From positions 130,820,001 to 130,884,000 of the forward strand of contig OZ260661.1 in the NCBI GenBank assembly GCA_965285935.1: a DNA stretch of 64,000 bases, written 5' to 3'. A model generated the notes under the pieces. It did no database searches, was not told where the DNA came from, and worked only from the letters and a program-made list of their open reading frames with translations. The stretch's first letter is position 1. Each line of letters starts with the position of its first letter. Source of the DNA: Ophelia neglecta. Taxonomy: Eukaryota. This document shows positions 14,801 to 30,800 of this stretch, piece by piece. A program made the translations under genes and the position numbers.

Positions 14801-17755
14801 CTACAAAGTCATCAACCTGAATATAGGCCTATCGGGTCAAGTTGAATTCATTCCGCAAGTCTATACCTCTACTTAGTGAGCGAAATTAAACGTTGCTCCA
14901 AGGCAGCGGTCTTTAAACTGTGAGCAGAATTAACTATCTTTCGTGGGATTAGTTCTTTTTGGGAGAAATTATACGATGGGCAAAATAGCCTGACTTAATC
15001 CAATATTTAGCAAATAGGACTATTTTTATATACATGGTCTGTACAGCTTTATTGGCCCAAGAGAATGGATCAGGTTTCATGTGCCTCTGATCACATCTGA
15101 TTTAGAAAACCTCCACTTTTTATTTGAAGTTTAACCGAGATGTAACATTACTGTGTGTCAAATAAACTTCATTCGTGTCATTCCGGTGTCTTCTTGTAAA
15201 TGGGTAAATGTGTTTTGTGATGTTTTCCGCCACTTTTCCCGTCGTTATCCGGTGAACAGCAGTTACTAACAATTTATGAACTCAAAATACGCGAAGTCAC
15301 ATCCAGTAGCTAAGTGAGTTTCGATACATTAGCAAATTTGGCAAAACATCCCCCAAAATTATCACCCCAGCATGGCTCCAGCAAACCTGCTATAGTCGAC
15401 ACCTATAGCCACGGGCAATACATTGTCCATTTTAGCCTCGACAATATATCTACAATAACAGACATTTACGTGCCTCCAACTATTGTTTGACTGCTCCATT
15501 AAAGTTTGGTTATGTAGGGATATGGCCGTAGTTAGTTTTATTGTGTTTAGATGGTGCAGTAGGCGTGTTGATGGGGTTTGGCGCTGGGCGAGCGTGCGGA
15601 GTCCATTATGGCCCAGCGTGCCTACCTCCCCCTAACCCCTACCCGCTAATCACCTGTCCTGACACCCTAAGGCATTCCTAACTCCTACCTATATAGTCCG
15701 CCACCATTGTCCAGCAATATTCAAATGTCTTAGATCGCCATTAAATGATAAAACTCGCTCTGGATGAGCTGGCATCACTCTGTAGCTTATTTTCTTTCAC
15801 TGCTTTCCAATTGCACATTTGTATGATGCAAATATTGTTTCACAAGTTGGCATGCGTACATAATATATGGCCAGGTTCGGTCTCAAGACAAACAGGAGAA
15901 AAAATGCTGGCGCCAGTTTGCTAGTTAGAACATAATCTAAATTGTACAAAGGTGTCGACATTTCCTTGTCAGGTGACTTTTGAATAAAGCACACATGCCT
16001 GTACAAATTTATCCTTAATGGGAAAAATTGGTCTCTACACCGGAATGAATTTCTTTTCTGGTGGCTTGTGCGGTATATGTCTGGTAGACATCAAGGTATA
16101 CTGCTCTTACAAGTTAAAGAGATGGTTATCAATTGGTGGGATAAAATAAAATGAGGCTCGGTGATGTTCACCTTCTGATGCACATCTTCGCACTCATTTT
16201 TCCCTCCTCGCGAGGAGCTAACCTCGGCCATTAAACACCCAACTGGTATAATACAATCCGAGGTAAAATTCATTGTGGCATTCCAAAAAGGTCGTTTGTT
16301 CATTGCTGTGTTTACATACACATAGATCGCACACGGCAAAAAACTCCATGTATATTTTATGCACACTCTGGAGGCGGGAAAGAACTTGGCTTTGCACGGC
16401 TGCTTGCCATCGTCCAAGGTGTCTTGTCTGTGATTCTTATTGGTCTAAGGGGCCTCTAGAGAACATGTCAACTAGGCAGGAAAACAGAAATGTCTGTTTG
16501 TAAGGGCTTTAGCACTTTTTGGAGACAGGCTTGTGTTATTTCTTGAGACTCCTTATTGCGCATGCGGCGAGTTCTAACGAGTCAAATCTTCATAGGAGCT
16601 ATTGGTTGTGTAAACAAGACTAGCGCATTATCTTGTGGAAAAATATTCTCATTATTTCTACTGTGCTTCATTAGCTTTCTCATACCAAATTAATTGATGG
16701 CACCGCCGTTATCTATCAGCCCCCTCAGCGGGACGGCCATGCTGAAAGAAACCAACTGTTCACAGCTATTTCTAACCCGCAGTAAACGTTCTGCTTAGAA
16801 AATAAACCGTTTGGGCGCAGTTACTGCGGTCGGAATACCCTGTCTATCGCCATGATATCTCTACACAAGCGAATGTAAGCGTATTATTACAAAGAATTAC
16901 AGCTAAGAAAATAAAATGTGGTCCCACCGAGTCCGCCAACTCGATTGGAAAATCAGCCACATGCCCTGGTGCGGCTACAATTCTACTAGCCCAATTGAAA
17001 CGAGGCTCGGCTGATCACAACCGATTACCAGCAATAATTATTCATTTTCAGGCTAAGCGTTTGTTTTGATTGCTATTGTGCGGCTGGATTAATCATGTAA
17101 ATATTTCATAAACAATCCAGCTCCCCACGGAACTAGCTCAGACGAGGGTCAGTGAAGTGGGGCCTAGCAGCTTTAAGCGCCAAGTCAAATTGTCGTCTGC
17201 CAAATTGAGCTCAGCATGGCCTTACAAGTACAAACAACATACTCGGCTGAAACGCTTTAACAAATCATAAATTGTTAAATTTATTAGGGGATCACAACAT
17301 AATTCAAAGCAAATTCCATTTAACTCCCTCGTTTATATACATAAATCAAATTACAGAATATGTATGCTTATATTATTATTAACTTTGCATTGGTAAACCC
17401 TAGAAAAAAAAACACTTATTATTTTTATTTTGTCCAATGCAAACTAGCCCGCTTTAAATATGAATGTCAGGTCCTTGTTAGAAACAGGAGAGCATTGAAC
17501 ACAATTTTTTTCTTCCCAAGTATTTAATTATTTTCCTCGATCCGGAGAACCCGCCCTCAAACCCTCGCCCCTTCTCGCTTTGAGGAAGATCAGACGTGTA
17601 ACTAGCAAATCGACAGGTGTGCCCTTGCCGTAGAATAGTCTAGAACCAGCCACCAGCACAAATCACAGGGTGATTAAAATAGACTACAACATAGCTACGA
17701 AACTTGATACCAAAACACCCCGACCCCCGCTGATACAGCTCTAATTTACCCTTCA

Positions 17756-18232
<477 letters not shown>

Positions 18233-21200
18233 TCATGATCCCTGTATGAACATAATTACCGTCTTAAACCCAGTATTTGTCTGTTATTAACAAAAGGCCA
18301 GCCACAAAAGGTCTGATGCCATTCTCGTCGTATGGAGACCGGAGCTCTTAAAGTGGCTCCAAGCTTCCTGCAGGATGGCTGGTTTCACAAAATAAATTTG
18401 ACAGGGGCTTTAGGGTTGTTGGCGAAACATGTCGGGTATTTTAAGCTTTGTCGACAATGCTATCTGTCCCATCAGCTCTCGCCAATTCCACAACCTGTTA
18501 AGTTATGATAAAATTTACCGATACGAATCCAAGTCAATACTAGTTACAAGTTTTGGGCCTGTAAGTGTATAGTTAGAGGAGTTTGATGAGTGTGTAGTTG
18601 TCTTTATCACACCTGACATCTACAGATACCGGCTCTGGAAAGAAACAACTCGACAGCCCTCTAACATGAAACTTAACCCTCTATTACACCCGGTTTTATA
18701 CCTCTCTCAGCCAGCAAATTTAATTCAGGTTAATTGTTTAATGTCAATGTTTTTTAAGCTAGAAAATCGGCCAAATATGGAGATATAATTACACAGAGAA
18801 TGTTAAGGCAGTAGCAATGTTAGCAAGACCGGAGAGAAAGAGATTTGGTCGCCAATTTCACAGTCTTCGGATGGGGGCCATTTTGATTGCCAGGAATTTA
18901 CCGCCGATTTTCACGGCTGATCGCCTATTACTGGCATGGGTTCAATGAAGACTGCTGATTATCTCGAAATTCCTTCATTATCGTCCCTTAGCCCTCATTT
19001 GAGGCAGCCGATCGTTTTCAGAGCTGCTGTCGCCAGAATTTCTCCAAAAACCAAAGATAGGATATTTGTGCCTGGTCCCCACAGTCTTTAAGGCTCCTAC
19101 CATCGTTAATTACTAATTAATGTGCTCAAATTAATTGGTTTGTACGGCAAGATGTTGGCTAGGGAGTATTTAAATGTCCTATGGGAATTGACAAGACGCC
19201 AACAAAGTCGATGTTTACCGGAATCATCTCACAGTCATTGAATATGGCGTCCAAATAGCAAGCCGGACGACCTTGATTTCGTTTCTACATCGGGGAATTA
19301 GGAGGGACGCTGGGTAAAGGTTTGATAGTTTTCCGCGAAGGTGATGAAGTGAGACGCGTTCACAGACGCCACCCCCTGCAGGCGACACTTCCAAGTTACC
19401 TGCAGGCAATGGTAAATAATTTCTAGAAAATTCTCTGTGATCTTTGGTTTAATTCTAAATAATCGAAGAGTTCTTAATCGACCACCCAAGTCCCAGGACG
19501 TGATAACGATTCTCGTCTGCTTAATTCATTCTTGGCAATATCACGGATGAGTGGGACAAGCCTTCCAATCCTCAGAGTGAGGGACGATCAAAGAGGGAAG
19601 CTGTTTTTCTGTTTATATTTTCAGCTCTTAGGTCTAGTGGCCAAAGAAAGGACTACAGTGAACGCTTGGCGCCACATGTATTAGCGGGAAACGGCTAAGC
19701 GGGCAAAAATAGAGAGTTCCCTTTACTAATTTCATCTATAGTACTAAGAATCAGCCGACACCATTCTTTCAAAGATGGCACGACTTATTGGTATTCTAAA
19801 ATCTCACATATTCGTATTCTTGCCGTGATCTGGGACGCGTTCAGCTGACATTTATCGTCTGCGGCGGAGAGAGGCGTGCGTTTCGGTTTACTGCCACGTG
19901 TCTCCATTTTCCGGGCAATATTTCCACCTGCTTCATTTGTAAAACAAACCGCCATTTCACGGCGATCAGTCGCAGGTGTCAAACGTTAATGTCTCCACTA
20001 AAGCCATTCCGGTGCCGATAAACTGAGATTTGCATAAATCGACGGACTGCAAAGTGGCAATACCCAGATAACAATATGGATTTCCCATCCTGGAGCCTGA
20101 GAGAATGATTAAAGGGCCAATTTAACTGCTCCGACCTGAGAATATGAAGTCATTTCGGATTGTCCAATCCACTATCTGCTTTATTGAATTTAAAAATATG
20201 CAAGCTAGACCTCTGATTAAATTTCCACTTCAATAATACATGATTTTACACTATTGGTCAAAATGTACAGGCGATTTGTTTGGTCATTAACTTGATAAAA
20301 GGTGATATTAAAAGAAGATTAGCCTATCCCAGAGCCAAACATCCAGATGTTTGTTTCCTGGCCATTACTCCCAGAATACAAGCCGTTTCTGTGGTTTCTG
20401 AAGGGTATAAGCGGCCGGCCGGCCATGATTGTCTAACCTTTCCCCTTGCTTTCGGTTAGTTTGGTTATTTTACTTCGTCTCTTCACCTGCCCTCGTTTAC
20501 AAGGAAAACAGCCCCGGGCCATAGCAGCGTCCAGCGTATAGAATATCAAGATGGCGTATTGAGAGACAGTAGACGCCCGTTTGTGGTGAGTTTCGAGTCT
20601 ATAAACCTCTATAAAGAATGGCAGCTCACAAAGTCACCGGGTAATTAACTATTGAGGAAATCATGTGAGGCCGAATCGTCCCCCCCGGGCCATGACCGAT
20701 GAGGATTTATCAGGAGAGAGCGGTGTGATTAGGGGTATTGTGGGGGCCAGACAGGGGGTCATTTAACACATCGTGTCTGGGTGGGTAAGCCAGCAGGCGC
20801 CGAGGAGGAGACAACCCCCAAACACCTCAAATCCATACTGCCGTCTTTCTATACCCAATACATCTAGGCCTCCCCAAGGCGCTTTAAAATCAATCGGCCT
20901 CCTTGTCCATTGACCACAAGTCGGGCATATAAAGGCCAATGCCACGGTCCTCAGCCTCCTATTAACTCGCACTGGTGCCCTTGTCTGGGGAAAATGATGC
21001 TGTCAAGATTTCTAAAGCCAGTCTTTCCCATTCACCACAATAAAAGACGATTTAAATTATTTGTCCATATGGGGAAATAATTTACATAGCCTCTCGAGCG
21101 ATTGGCGTCCGGTGTTGGCTTTTGTCCAGGGTGATATGGGAGTTCCCAAGATACATTACAGAAATATAACAACTCGATGGACTTTGTACCTATAAAAACA

Positions 21201-22084
21201 GGAGCATAGTTCTGAATGGAACATGTCGGTGCCGAAATCATTGTTTTAAAATCCGGCAACTGCAGGCGTTTTGACACTAATATAGTGAGTGTGTAAACTT
21301 ATGTGGTGACTCTCGAGGGCATTGTCCGATATTAATATCATCACGTGACATGGGATGGATTCATAATGATTACAAAGTTGATACATAAGCCTATATTAAC
21401 ACATGTAATCTAGCACAAATTTGTTCTCAAAATTACACCATATGTTTATTTCCCCGTGCCTTTCCAGGAAATCGTAACTGCATCCATATATATAAGTTTA
21501 AAACACAGAAGAAACTGACTTAGGAATTTAAGAAACAAAAATTCACCTCAGAAAACTGTAGTATGAAACTAAGCTGATTGAATAAAGATGTCGCCACCTC
21601 AGCGTGCCAAGAAGATTAAGAAAAAGAACTCTGAACTGGCCTTGTCTACATATTTTATTATAGAATGGGGAATGTATCGTGTAGCTTTAGTATCTAATTG
21701 CGAGCAATGGAAGCTTCCTGTATGGAATAGATACTAGCTCAATAACTAGAACAGGAAATGTTCGATTGTTCGCAATTCCAAATCATTTCCTTAATTTCCA
21801 ATCGTAGCTTATAAGAATGAATACTGTGTCACACAAATGCTGTCAGCCAGGCCCAAACATTAAACATTTTACCATGCAGTACCAAACCGTCTATGCTTTT
21901 CATTAAATATAGTTTCTTAGTAAATGTGCGTTTTTGCCTATCATGAAGCATCTAAAGATTATTTTTACATCAGTTTGTTTTTCATTATAAGAAAATTAAT
22001 ATATTAATATTGAATAACAATAAATGGAGATAGCATATGCACGGAGGGTGTTATTTGTTTCTTCGATTTTATTTATTGGTATTA

Positions 22085-22291
<207 letters not shown>

Positions 22292-23737
22292 CTAACCCGG
22301 CCTGAAGCATAAAAACAGGTTTTTAGGCCATAATATATCACCTGTGAAGGGCACAAACAAATAAATCGTGAAAAGATATCATGACATGCTTACAGTCATT
22401 CTCATAAAAAATAACGATATATGTATAGATCAATGGTTGATTTTTCGCCTCCAGCTCCAAGGAATAGTTATTTGATAAATTCATATATGGAAAAAATATG
22501 CTTATCTTGTTATCAAATAGTTGTGGTGCCATCAAACTGGGAAGACTTTTAAGATATGGGACACGCCGGGAGTGTTAAATATATATATAGGTGTACAGTG
22601 AAAACATACATGGTTTGAATATTGTGAAAGGCTCAACTTACACATTTAAATGAACTCATTTATAAAAGAATTAAAACTGTCAACACGTTTTATAACAATG
22701 CATTCCCTTTTTACTTCTAACTTGTTGTTTGATGTTTACCTTCTGATATCAGCAAAACTGCCGATGCTAAATATTTTATTCCGGTATAATTCAGCAATTT
22801 TGTACCCCTGGTTGACGGTTTAAAAAACCCACACTTAAATTGGTTTTATTGATTTTATTTGAATGCCATGTGCCAAAATATCATGTAGGATGTTAATGTT
22901 ATATTAGTGCATGACATGCCCGATTATTTATTAACTAAACGAATCAATTTATATACATTCATCAGGGATAGAACGGAAAAAAACTATTCATTGCAATGTA
23001 AATAAAATATAATTTGATACGTTAATCAGGAAGGCGTTGCAGACATGTCAGCATAATAACATTACACACTATTACCATGAGTTAATTTCACGGAATCTTT
23101 TAATCGATGCAATTTGCGAAATGAAGAATTCCCACATCAATGGACAGTTCCTAGGAACGAGCTCTCAATCAGTGGTCAAAACACAAATATTTAGGGCACG
23201 TAAATTAAAAACCTCGTGGAATGTGTTGTATCTGAGAAGATGATGATCTAGATTCTTGCGGAGATAGAATTTAGGCCCACAGTTGTAACTTTCATCTCTG
23301 AGACTTGGCAAGAATGTCCCGAGACACTAATGGATTTGTCTAAAACTCCCGACAGCCGTGGTTTACAAGTATTACACTTCACTCAATAATATAACTAGAG
23401 GAACTGAGTCAATTGAATCTAACGTTAAGGGGGCGCGTTCTACTCAAACTGTTAACTTTCTGTTGTTTTTCCCGCTAGTTGAAGCCCGATTTTTCCGGTG
23501 TTTCAGTGCTATAGGCAGCTTCGGTTTATCTTTAATAGCTTACCAGCGGCAGGACTAGAAAGGTGAACACTTCAAAGACAAAATCTTATTGATTTAAACG
23601 GGGAGTACCTTCTCCACTTTGGAGTTTTTATCCCGATAGCATACTATTTATTTCTAATACACACAGCGTCCGGGGAAGGCAAAGATTGGAGCCGGGATCA
23701 GAGGCACAGCGGGGGTTGAAGGGAGACTGGGCGGCAT

Positions 23738-23827
23738 TCGGCGAGAGGGATACCGGGGATCTGAGGGTCCGGCCGCCCGACTCGGCGAGAGGGATCCCGG
23801 TGATCTGAGGGTCCGGCCGCCCGACTC
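23738..23827. repeat. 44-bp GC-rich tandem duplication (2 copies)
   Basis: TCGGCGAGAGGGAT(A/C)CCGG(G/T)GATCTGAGGGTCCGGCCGCCCGAC at 23738 and 23782, two mismatches. Confidence 0.9.
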
Positions 23828-24954
23828 CGAATACTGATGAAGATGATAAGCCTAAACACTTTCTGTCAGCAAACTTGAGAAACTAAGATGCCTCGCATAG
23901 CTAAGGGGATGTGAGATTGTAATCAAACAATGACAGGCCGTATTACGGCTCGTCATGAGAGGGTTTAGGTGACCCGGGGATGGAAAACCACACGGCAATG
24001 GGAAGGCAACAGCCAGACATTCCAAGCGGAATTACTATCAAATCTCTTATCGTCTGCAAAGGCCCGTCCTCTGCAATGGAGCGGGTCAATTTATATAAGA
24101 TGACTTCTTCCGGAATGTTAGAGGTGTTTGTAAAGTATAGAGGTAATATCTGCCGCGTTAGGTGGTCGGTGTGGGGGTCGGGGAGGTGTGGGGAGAGAGA
24201 GGGGGTCGGACGGGAGGTTCAGGGTCCTATTGCAGGGAGCCGCCTCTCCGGCGACTAGGCAACCGTCTAAGCATACCACCCGTCGAAGTCAAAGACACTC
24301 CAAACTCACATCAATCTCGACTCAAATTGGTGCTTTACGGCATGAGGACTCTTGAGCACACAATTTGCGGCAATTACTCGAGCAACTCTACTTACAGGGC
24401 AAGGTGCTCGCCGAACGTCAAACTTAATCTGGGAGTAATAGCCACAGTGAAATCGGAGAGCCGAGTCTCTCTGGCGTGCCACTTCCAATATAGCGGGATG
24501 CTATTAAGTGAACCAAGTGGGGGCCACCCCGACTCATACACGGGTACTAAAACTACTGAGTAGGGATAGACTGAACTCACTGTCGTGGGGAGAGTCTTGG
24601 AACCTAATAGAATTCGACGGCGTATACACAACTACATTAAAATGTTCACAGGCTTTACACATAAAAATGCACATGGGATAATTCCAATATCTTCTACACA
24701 AGCCTCCTGCCCTTTTTATTTGAAAAGAAGTATCTATATCCATACTTGAATGGCAAAATTAAATAGTCGGACCATTTCTACGCGGCGATGGTTTTTCAGT
24801 CCTTAACGTGTTGTAATTAAGATATACATCGCCATTTTGTGGAGATATCTTAGCCGCAGATCATGCTAATCGCGATGGTAATCAAATCTCTACCGATATC
24901 TCTATTTTGCCGCCGAGTTCGTGTGCTGGTGACCGTTTCGGTAGATCGAAAAGA

Positions 24955-25128
24955 AGGTGGCGGATCTAAAATGTTCGAAAAACAGGGTCGGCTTTGAATG
25001 ATAGGGTTAGGGATGGGTGCCACCATCCGTACCCTCATCCAGGGGGAGTTTGGGCCGCATAGAGAGGGGACTCCTATTGCCAACTAAAGCGATCTCTAGG
25101 ACACCCCACCCCCCTTGATCCGTCAGTG
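24955..25128. mobile_element. Possible degenerate MITE with GC-rich TIRs
   Basis: Left GTGGCGGATCTA versus right TTGATCCGTCAGTG (imperfect inverted repeat) with internal G/C runs. Similar relic ends near 45850 and 58680-58820. Confidence 0.3.
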
Positions 25129-27384
25129 AAAACCTAACAGAAGGTGCCCTAGATCGAAGATAGGACACAAAATATCCCTAAGCTATTCTCTACACACGGC
25201 AGGTGCTGGCTAGAAAAGGACTGAAATTCACCTCTCTAAAACCGCCCAGAGCCCAGTTCAAATCTAAACTGTATACCCGCGAGGAAATCAAGGCCGCTTG
25301 AGACAAAGAGAGGTCTGTTGTTACAATGACTCGTGGACTGATTTATTGTCAATTTACAGTGTCGTCTGCTTCACAGGAAAGGCGTACGCGCCGAGGACAT
25401 TTGGCCATACTCACTGCCTGTTAGCTTTAAAATAATTATTGCTAAGTTTCATCTGCAAATGTTGAAAATATAGGGCCAGTATCTTTCCATCTACAAACGC
25501 TTGTTTGTTATTAGCGTGGGAAAGACCCCATAACAGATATAGCAAAGCCATTAAGCAAAGGACACAACGTGAAATGACCAGCCTTTATGATTTATCCTAA
25601 ACGGTTCAATAAACGCGCCAACTCAAAACAAAAGAGTGATCGGAAAAGTGTCTCTAAAGAATTTCAAATTCTCAACTCCCGAGCGCGGCCGAACTAATCA
25701 GCTTATTTTCGGATCAAATCAAAGTGGAACCTAATGCAAATAGCCATGTAATTATAGGTCGTTACGTTATCACAAACTAATTAATTTGCCGGAGAGGTTG
25801 TTAAATAGCCAATCAACACGTCCGATACATCGAAGTATAGGCGGAGTGGTCTTTGAACATGACCACGGGACTGCGCTTTTCGCCCTACTCCACGTTCTCA
25901 GTTAGAGTGGGCAGTGATTGTAAACAAATAGTGCGCGGTACAAAAGCGTCCCAGCAGGAGGTGGGGATTTGGAAGACTTTGCTTTCTTCCGCTTCCTGCC
26001 CCCCTCGTGTGCCAAGTGGACTTGAAATGTTTCGAATTAGCTAAATAAATTAGACATCAACGGGCTTAGGAGGCAGTACAAAGTCGCTGTCTCCCTGTCT
26101 GTTTGCCAATAATTAGGCCTGTATCCATTGCGGGGGCCGAGGAGGGCGGGAAGGGGGTCCCCAGCCGACACTGTGCTTTAATTTAACCAGAGAAACACGA
26201 CCCTTCCTTATCCTATCTGACAATCACACCGGTTAAGGTTGGATTTCGTTTCCTCTGCCCCGTTCCGTGTTTTTAATAGGAGTTTAACCGATCTCTTCCT
26301 GTTTACCGTTTGCCCCTGTTCGCACCGAAATTAAATCAGAGTAGCGTTTCAGATTTGAGATTACTGGTAGGAGACAACTTACATTTTAAGGACTTCGACC
26401 CCGTCTTCACCTGCGTGAAGTTATCAACACCATAAATTCGATAGCGGAAAACTAAAACGAGGCTCAATGGCCACCCTTGGACAAAAAAGTGTGGTCTTGA
26501 TTGGCAAGCCGCGGACTATAAGGTCTATCTAATTAAACAGCCGAGCGTTTGCCAAATCAAACTAATAATTCATCGAGAAAAAAAAACTAGTCACGAAATT
26601 AGTGACATAAATCGGAGAACTGATCTGTATCGATTAGATCGGTGGCGTATCGCGCCTGGATGACAATATCCGGACGAATTTCAAGCGTCCATTTTGTGGC
26701 AGGACATGAAGATTTAATCGCTACAAACAACGAAACATTGATTTCGTCTTCTGATATCATTAGCAAAGGTTATTTCGCACCGTTAATATTTAATAGCTAA
26801 CATAATCTGATATGGGGGGATTGTGTCAAAATCCATAAAGATGAATAAGCGTGTTCTTTGCCCCATTAATTCCGGGTAAACCTGCCGCTCCACACGAAGG
26901 GGTCATGATTTATTAATGATCACAAAGCCCATCCAGTCAAGAGAGCCATTGAGGCAATAATTTACGACTAACACGCTCATTATAAATAAAAACTCCAATT
27001 TGTTTTAAAAAAACCCAGGAAAATAGTTCCAAGAAGCGGTGATAAACAGGTCAGGAGAGCATAAGCTTTGGTTGTTATAGCTGTAGTCCAGGTGAACAGG
27101 CATTCTAAACCAGACCACAGAGCCCGCAAAAAAAACCTCAAGGAATCGACTTGGTTATGTGGGCATATTATTTCACTTATTGCTCAAGGAGAGATAAAAT
27201 GGATTCTACCTGATGTATTCTTTTAAGCAAATTTGTTTAGCACTATTAACGTTCAGAAGAATCTCATCATAAACTTTATTTGCTAATAAAGAGAAGAATT
27301 CTGGGTTCTCATTGTCATATGGAGAGGTCAACACATAGATGCTTAAGAGGGAGTTTATCAAATGTAGTTTAATTGATGGCTTAC

Positions 27385-27897
27385 CGGACGATGACCTTGA
27401 CTTAGTCCTGACCCGCGCCAAGGTCGCGGCCTTGAACATGGACGCCGGGTGGAAGAGGGCTCCGTTGGCATAATCGGAGCTGGTCATGTAAGGGTAGGTG
27501 GGCATGGGGTGGGTGGGAGCGTGACTGCCAAAACTAGCTGACACCCCCACACCTATCCCACTGGTAGACTCAACCGACCCCTGACCCCCCTCCATCTTGG
27601 GCTTGGTGTCTGGAGTATACTCCCCGTTTGCGCCTGCGCCTTGACCCCCCATTTCCGGTGTACTGTCTTTTGGCGGGGTTGGCGGGAAACTGAAGAGATG
27701 TGCACTAGAAGTGGCTCCGTTGGTGATACTGCTGCCGTGGTGGACACCCATGCTTGGGCTGTGGTGGTTGAGGGGTTTGGCCTGGAAGGGGCTGAGAGAC
27801 CAGCCCGAGTGCGCATGCGGCACCATCTTGGTCTGGTCCGTGATCCACGGGTGCAGCGCCGAGTGGAAGTGAGGTCGGCACATCTGTCCTGTCGCAC
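27385..27897 (-). CDS. GATA123: GATA1/2/3 second coding exon (QMCRPHFHSALHPW...HLFSFPPTPPKD...THPMPTYPY...KSRSSS)
   Basis: Acceptor CTGCAG| before 27897 and donor G|GTAAG after 27385; 513 nt, phase 1-1. Contains the GATA2/3 signature motifs CRPHF, FPPTPPKD and HPxPTYP. Confidence 0.95.
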
Positions 27898-30800
27898 CTG
27901 CAGCGAAATGTGATTAAAATAATTAACACTAGTCAGAATTGATCATTATCACAGAGGCAAAGAAATAACCTTTATATGACAAATAGGCGGGATAGGAAAT
28001 AGAGATGTGCCATACAATTTTGAAAAACTGTGACATGCCCACAACAGTTCAATTTAGTTAGAGATGGAATTCCAGTAACGATATGGTAAAATCAGTTTGG
28101 ATTCTCCCGATATTATCTGATGGTATTTTCCTTATTTAATGATTTTATAATACCAACAATGATTTTAAACACCTATGCATCAAAGAAAAGCTCCAAATCG
28201 TCAAGCCTATCGAATTGAGTGGGTAATATATTTATCAGTTGTCTATCACCAGAACAATTTGCGGCGCTCTGAGCGTCCTGTTTGTGAAATGACCTGATGA
28301 CTGGTGATTTTCACAACGCTGCTGATTTTTCTCCGATATACTCTAGGTGATGTTATTTGAGAGTAAACAGTTTGCACGCCAGGCCGTGTTCCCCCCTGTC
28401 TGCACGGGCGAAATAATCATGTACAGCCCTCCCTAACTCCCAATTCGAGCTTATCTCCCTCGCTAACGACAGCACAAAGCAAAATACACATGAATTTGAT
28501 TATAATATGCGCAAAGATTAAGATAACAAAACGGATTTTATATCGTTATTTGATGGAAACCGTCTGGACGCGATGCCAGACGACTTTTTGCAGGAGCCAA
28601 GGTCTAATGAGCAAGTTTACCAAACAATTCCCTCTCCCAAGCGTATAATGCTGTTAATCCCGCAAATTGGTCAAGCTAAATTACCTATTTACGGCAGTGT
28701 CGTTAGAGTAAAACAGGCAGCGCCGTGCACGGGTCGTGGTCCCTGTGTTTTAAACACATTAATGCGTTACTAATCGCATTTGGATGCGAGCTCGGGAGGT
28801 ATGCGTTGTGTTGAGGGACCGACTGGTTATTAATATTGACAACCAGAAACAGGACTGGCTCAGTGAATCTCCAATAAACTCACACACATTCCCCCAGGCG
28901 TCATAATTTGCCGTATGCCCTCACGGTCTCGTCTGCTCAAGCATTTTCCTCCAAAGGCACATTTATAGTTTCCTACTAGATCGCAGTTTCCGAATGTTTT
29001 TGTTAGGGTCAAAGATATGTTCAAGCAAACAATGGGCGAAAAGAAGACGGATGTTCACAAATATTCTCATAATCCACCCCTCACAGCTGATTTGGGATCT
29101 GAATCACGGTGTGATTGTTAAACATTCAATTGGTGCTTTGTGCATAGTGTTGAAACATTTTCAAAAACAGAAACAAAGACGAGCTAGGATTGGCGCAGAT
29201 GTTGTTGGTGTTATGACAGGGAGATCATTCGGGCATTTGTCGTAACAATACCATATGAAGTCCTCAGAATAAAGTGCACTAACATCGAACAATAATCGGC
29301 TTAAAGCACTTAGGTTACAACAGTCCAATACCATCAACTCGTCTCTGTTATGACTAAGCTTATTATTTCTTATCGAGGGCCTCCCTGAATAAACTCCACT
29401 ATACAAAGAAACCAACTTGTGTTGTACATTTCAACAACATCCTATCAATAGTATCCTTAAATACCTTTAAGAACAATTGTGTTGTACCCAGAATGCTTAG
29501 GGCACTTTAAAAGACTCGCGTGTGTACTATACAGGTATGTTTGCTAGGACACTTCAATTCATTTAACAAGCTTAGATTTCAAGAGTGTTAAATCGGCTGT
29601 TTTGATGGGCCCGGTAGCCTATCAATGGCATGATCACTGTTTAACCTACACACAAACGCCTATAGCCAGTGTTTGATGTTGTTTTATATTAAATATTGAC
29701 AGATCCCCTCAATCTCTTTATGCCGGCAAGTGGGTTTGTCAAAGCCCAACAAAGGCACAAGTAAACTTGTTGATTCTGACAATGCTGTGTTTGACACCGA
29801 GAATTACCTCGCCAGTTTTCTTGCGACTGTAGCAGGAAAAGTAAAGATGACAAAATAGTCTTACGACACCCCAAGGGTACAGGGACTCGTGGAACAGTGA
29901 GAAAATCCTGACATCGCGATGAACTCTACTGTCTCGTACATAAGAAGGTACTGACAAAGATTGGGGTTCTATAGTTAAGGGCAGTGAATTGAAATACAGC
30001 ATCTTGTAGGTAACGCCGGAGCAGAACAACCTTGACTCATCCACCAATATTGGCAGACGACCGGCTTGACAATATAAGCAGACGATCTCTGTTCAGCACA
30101 AGATCCGCACAAGATTTCCAAAGAATGCTTGGTCAAATATTATGGGAAATAATTTAAAAGTACTTAACATATTTGGAATTGAGGAAATAAAGAGTAAATT
30201 GGCATAGAGGATTGTCGGGGAGAGTACAAGCCTAGTCCTTAAATGAACGTAACATGCCTGTATGTCCCTTGGAACGATAATAGCTCTTAACTCTACCAAA
30301 ATTACGTTGAATGTTTTTCCAATATGTCCACGGACCTATTAGAAGGGACCACCATGTTTTTTGGCTGGGAATGTTGATGGGAAATCAAGCTCTATTAGTA
30401 AATGGCGGCGGGCAGACGACAGTTTGCGGTCGGTGAGTGAGATTTGACACAACATACGAAACCATTTCTAATGACATTGGGCGCCGTTGAGATATTTGCG
30501 TGGGACATCGGGTTCGCCTCTCAGACGGGCTGTTGTCTTACAGTGAAACAAGCATGAAAACGGACTTCAGGTCGGTGATATATTTTGAAACATGAGATGG
30601 GCAATATTCGTGCAGCAGCGGGCTGAATTGTACAGTGAGGGACGAGAAAATGAAAGCACTCTTCATTTGAACGTCACAGACATGACAAGAAAATCGCTCT
30701 TCCCAAAGAAGTAAAGACTCCCGTTTGAGTGGCTCTGGTCAAGCGGCTTTCTTGGGGTGAATGCCTTAGAAATCTTGATAAAGACCAACTCCGCTCGCTC

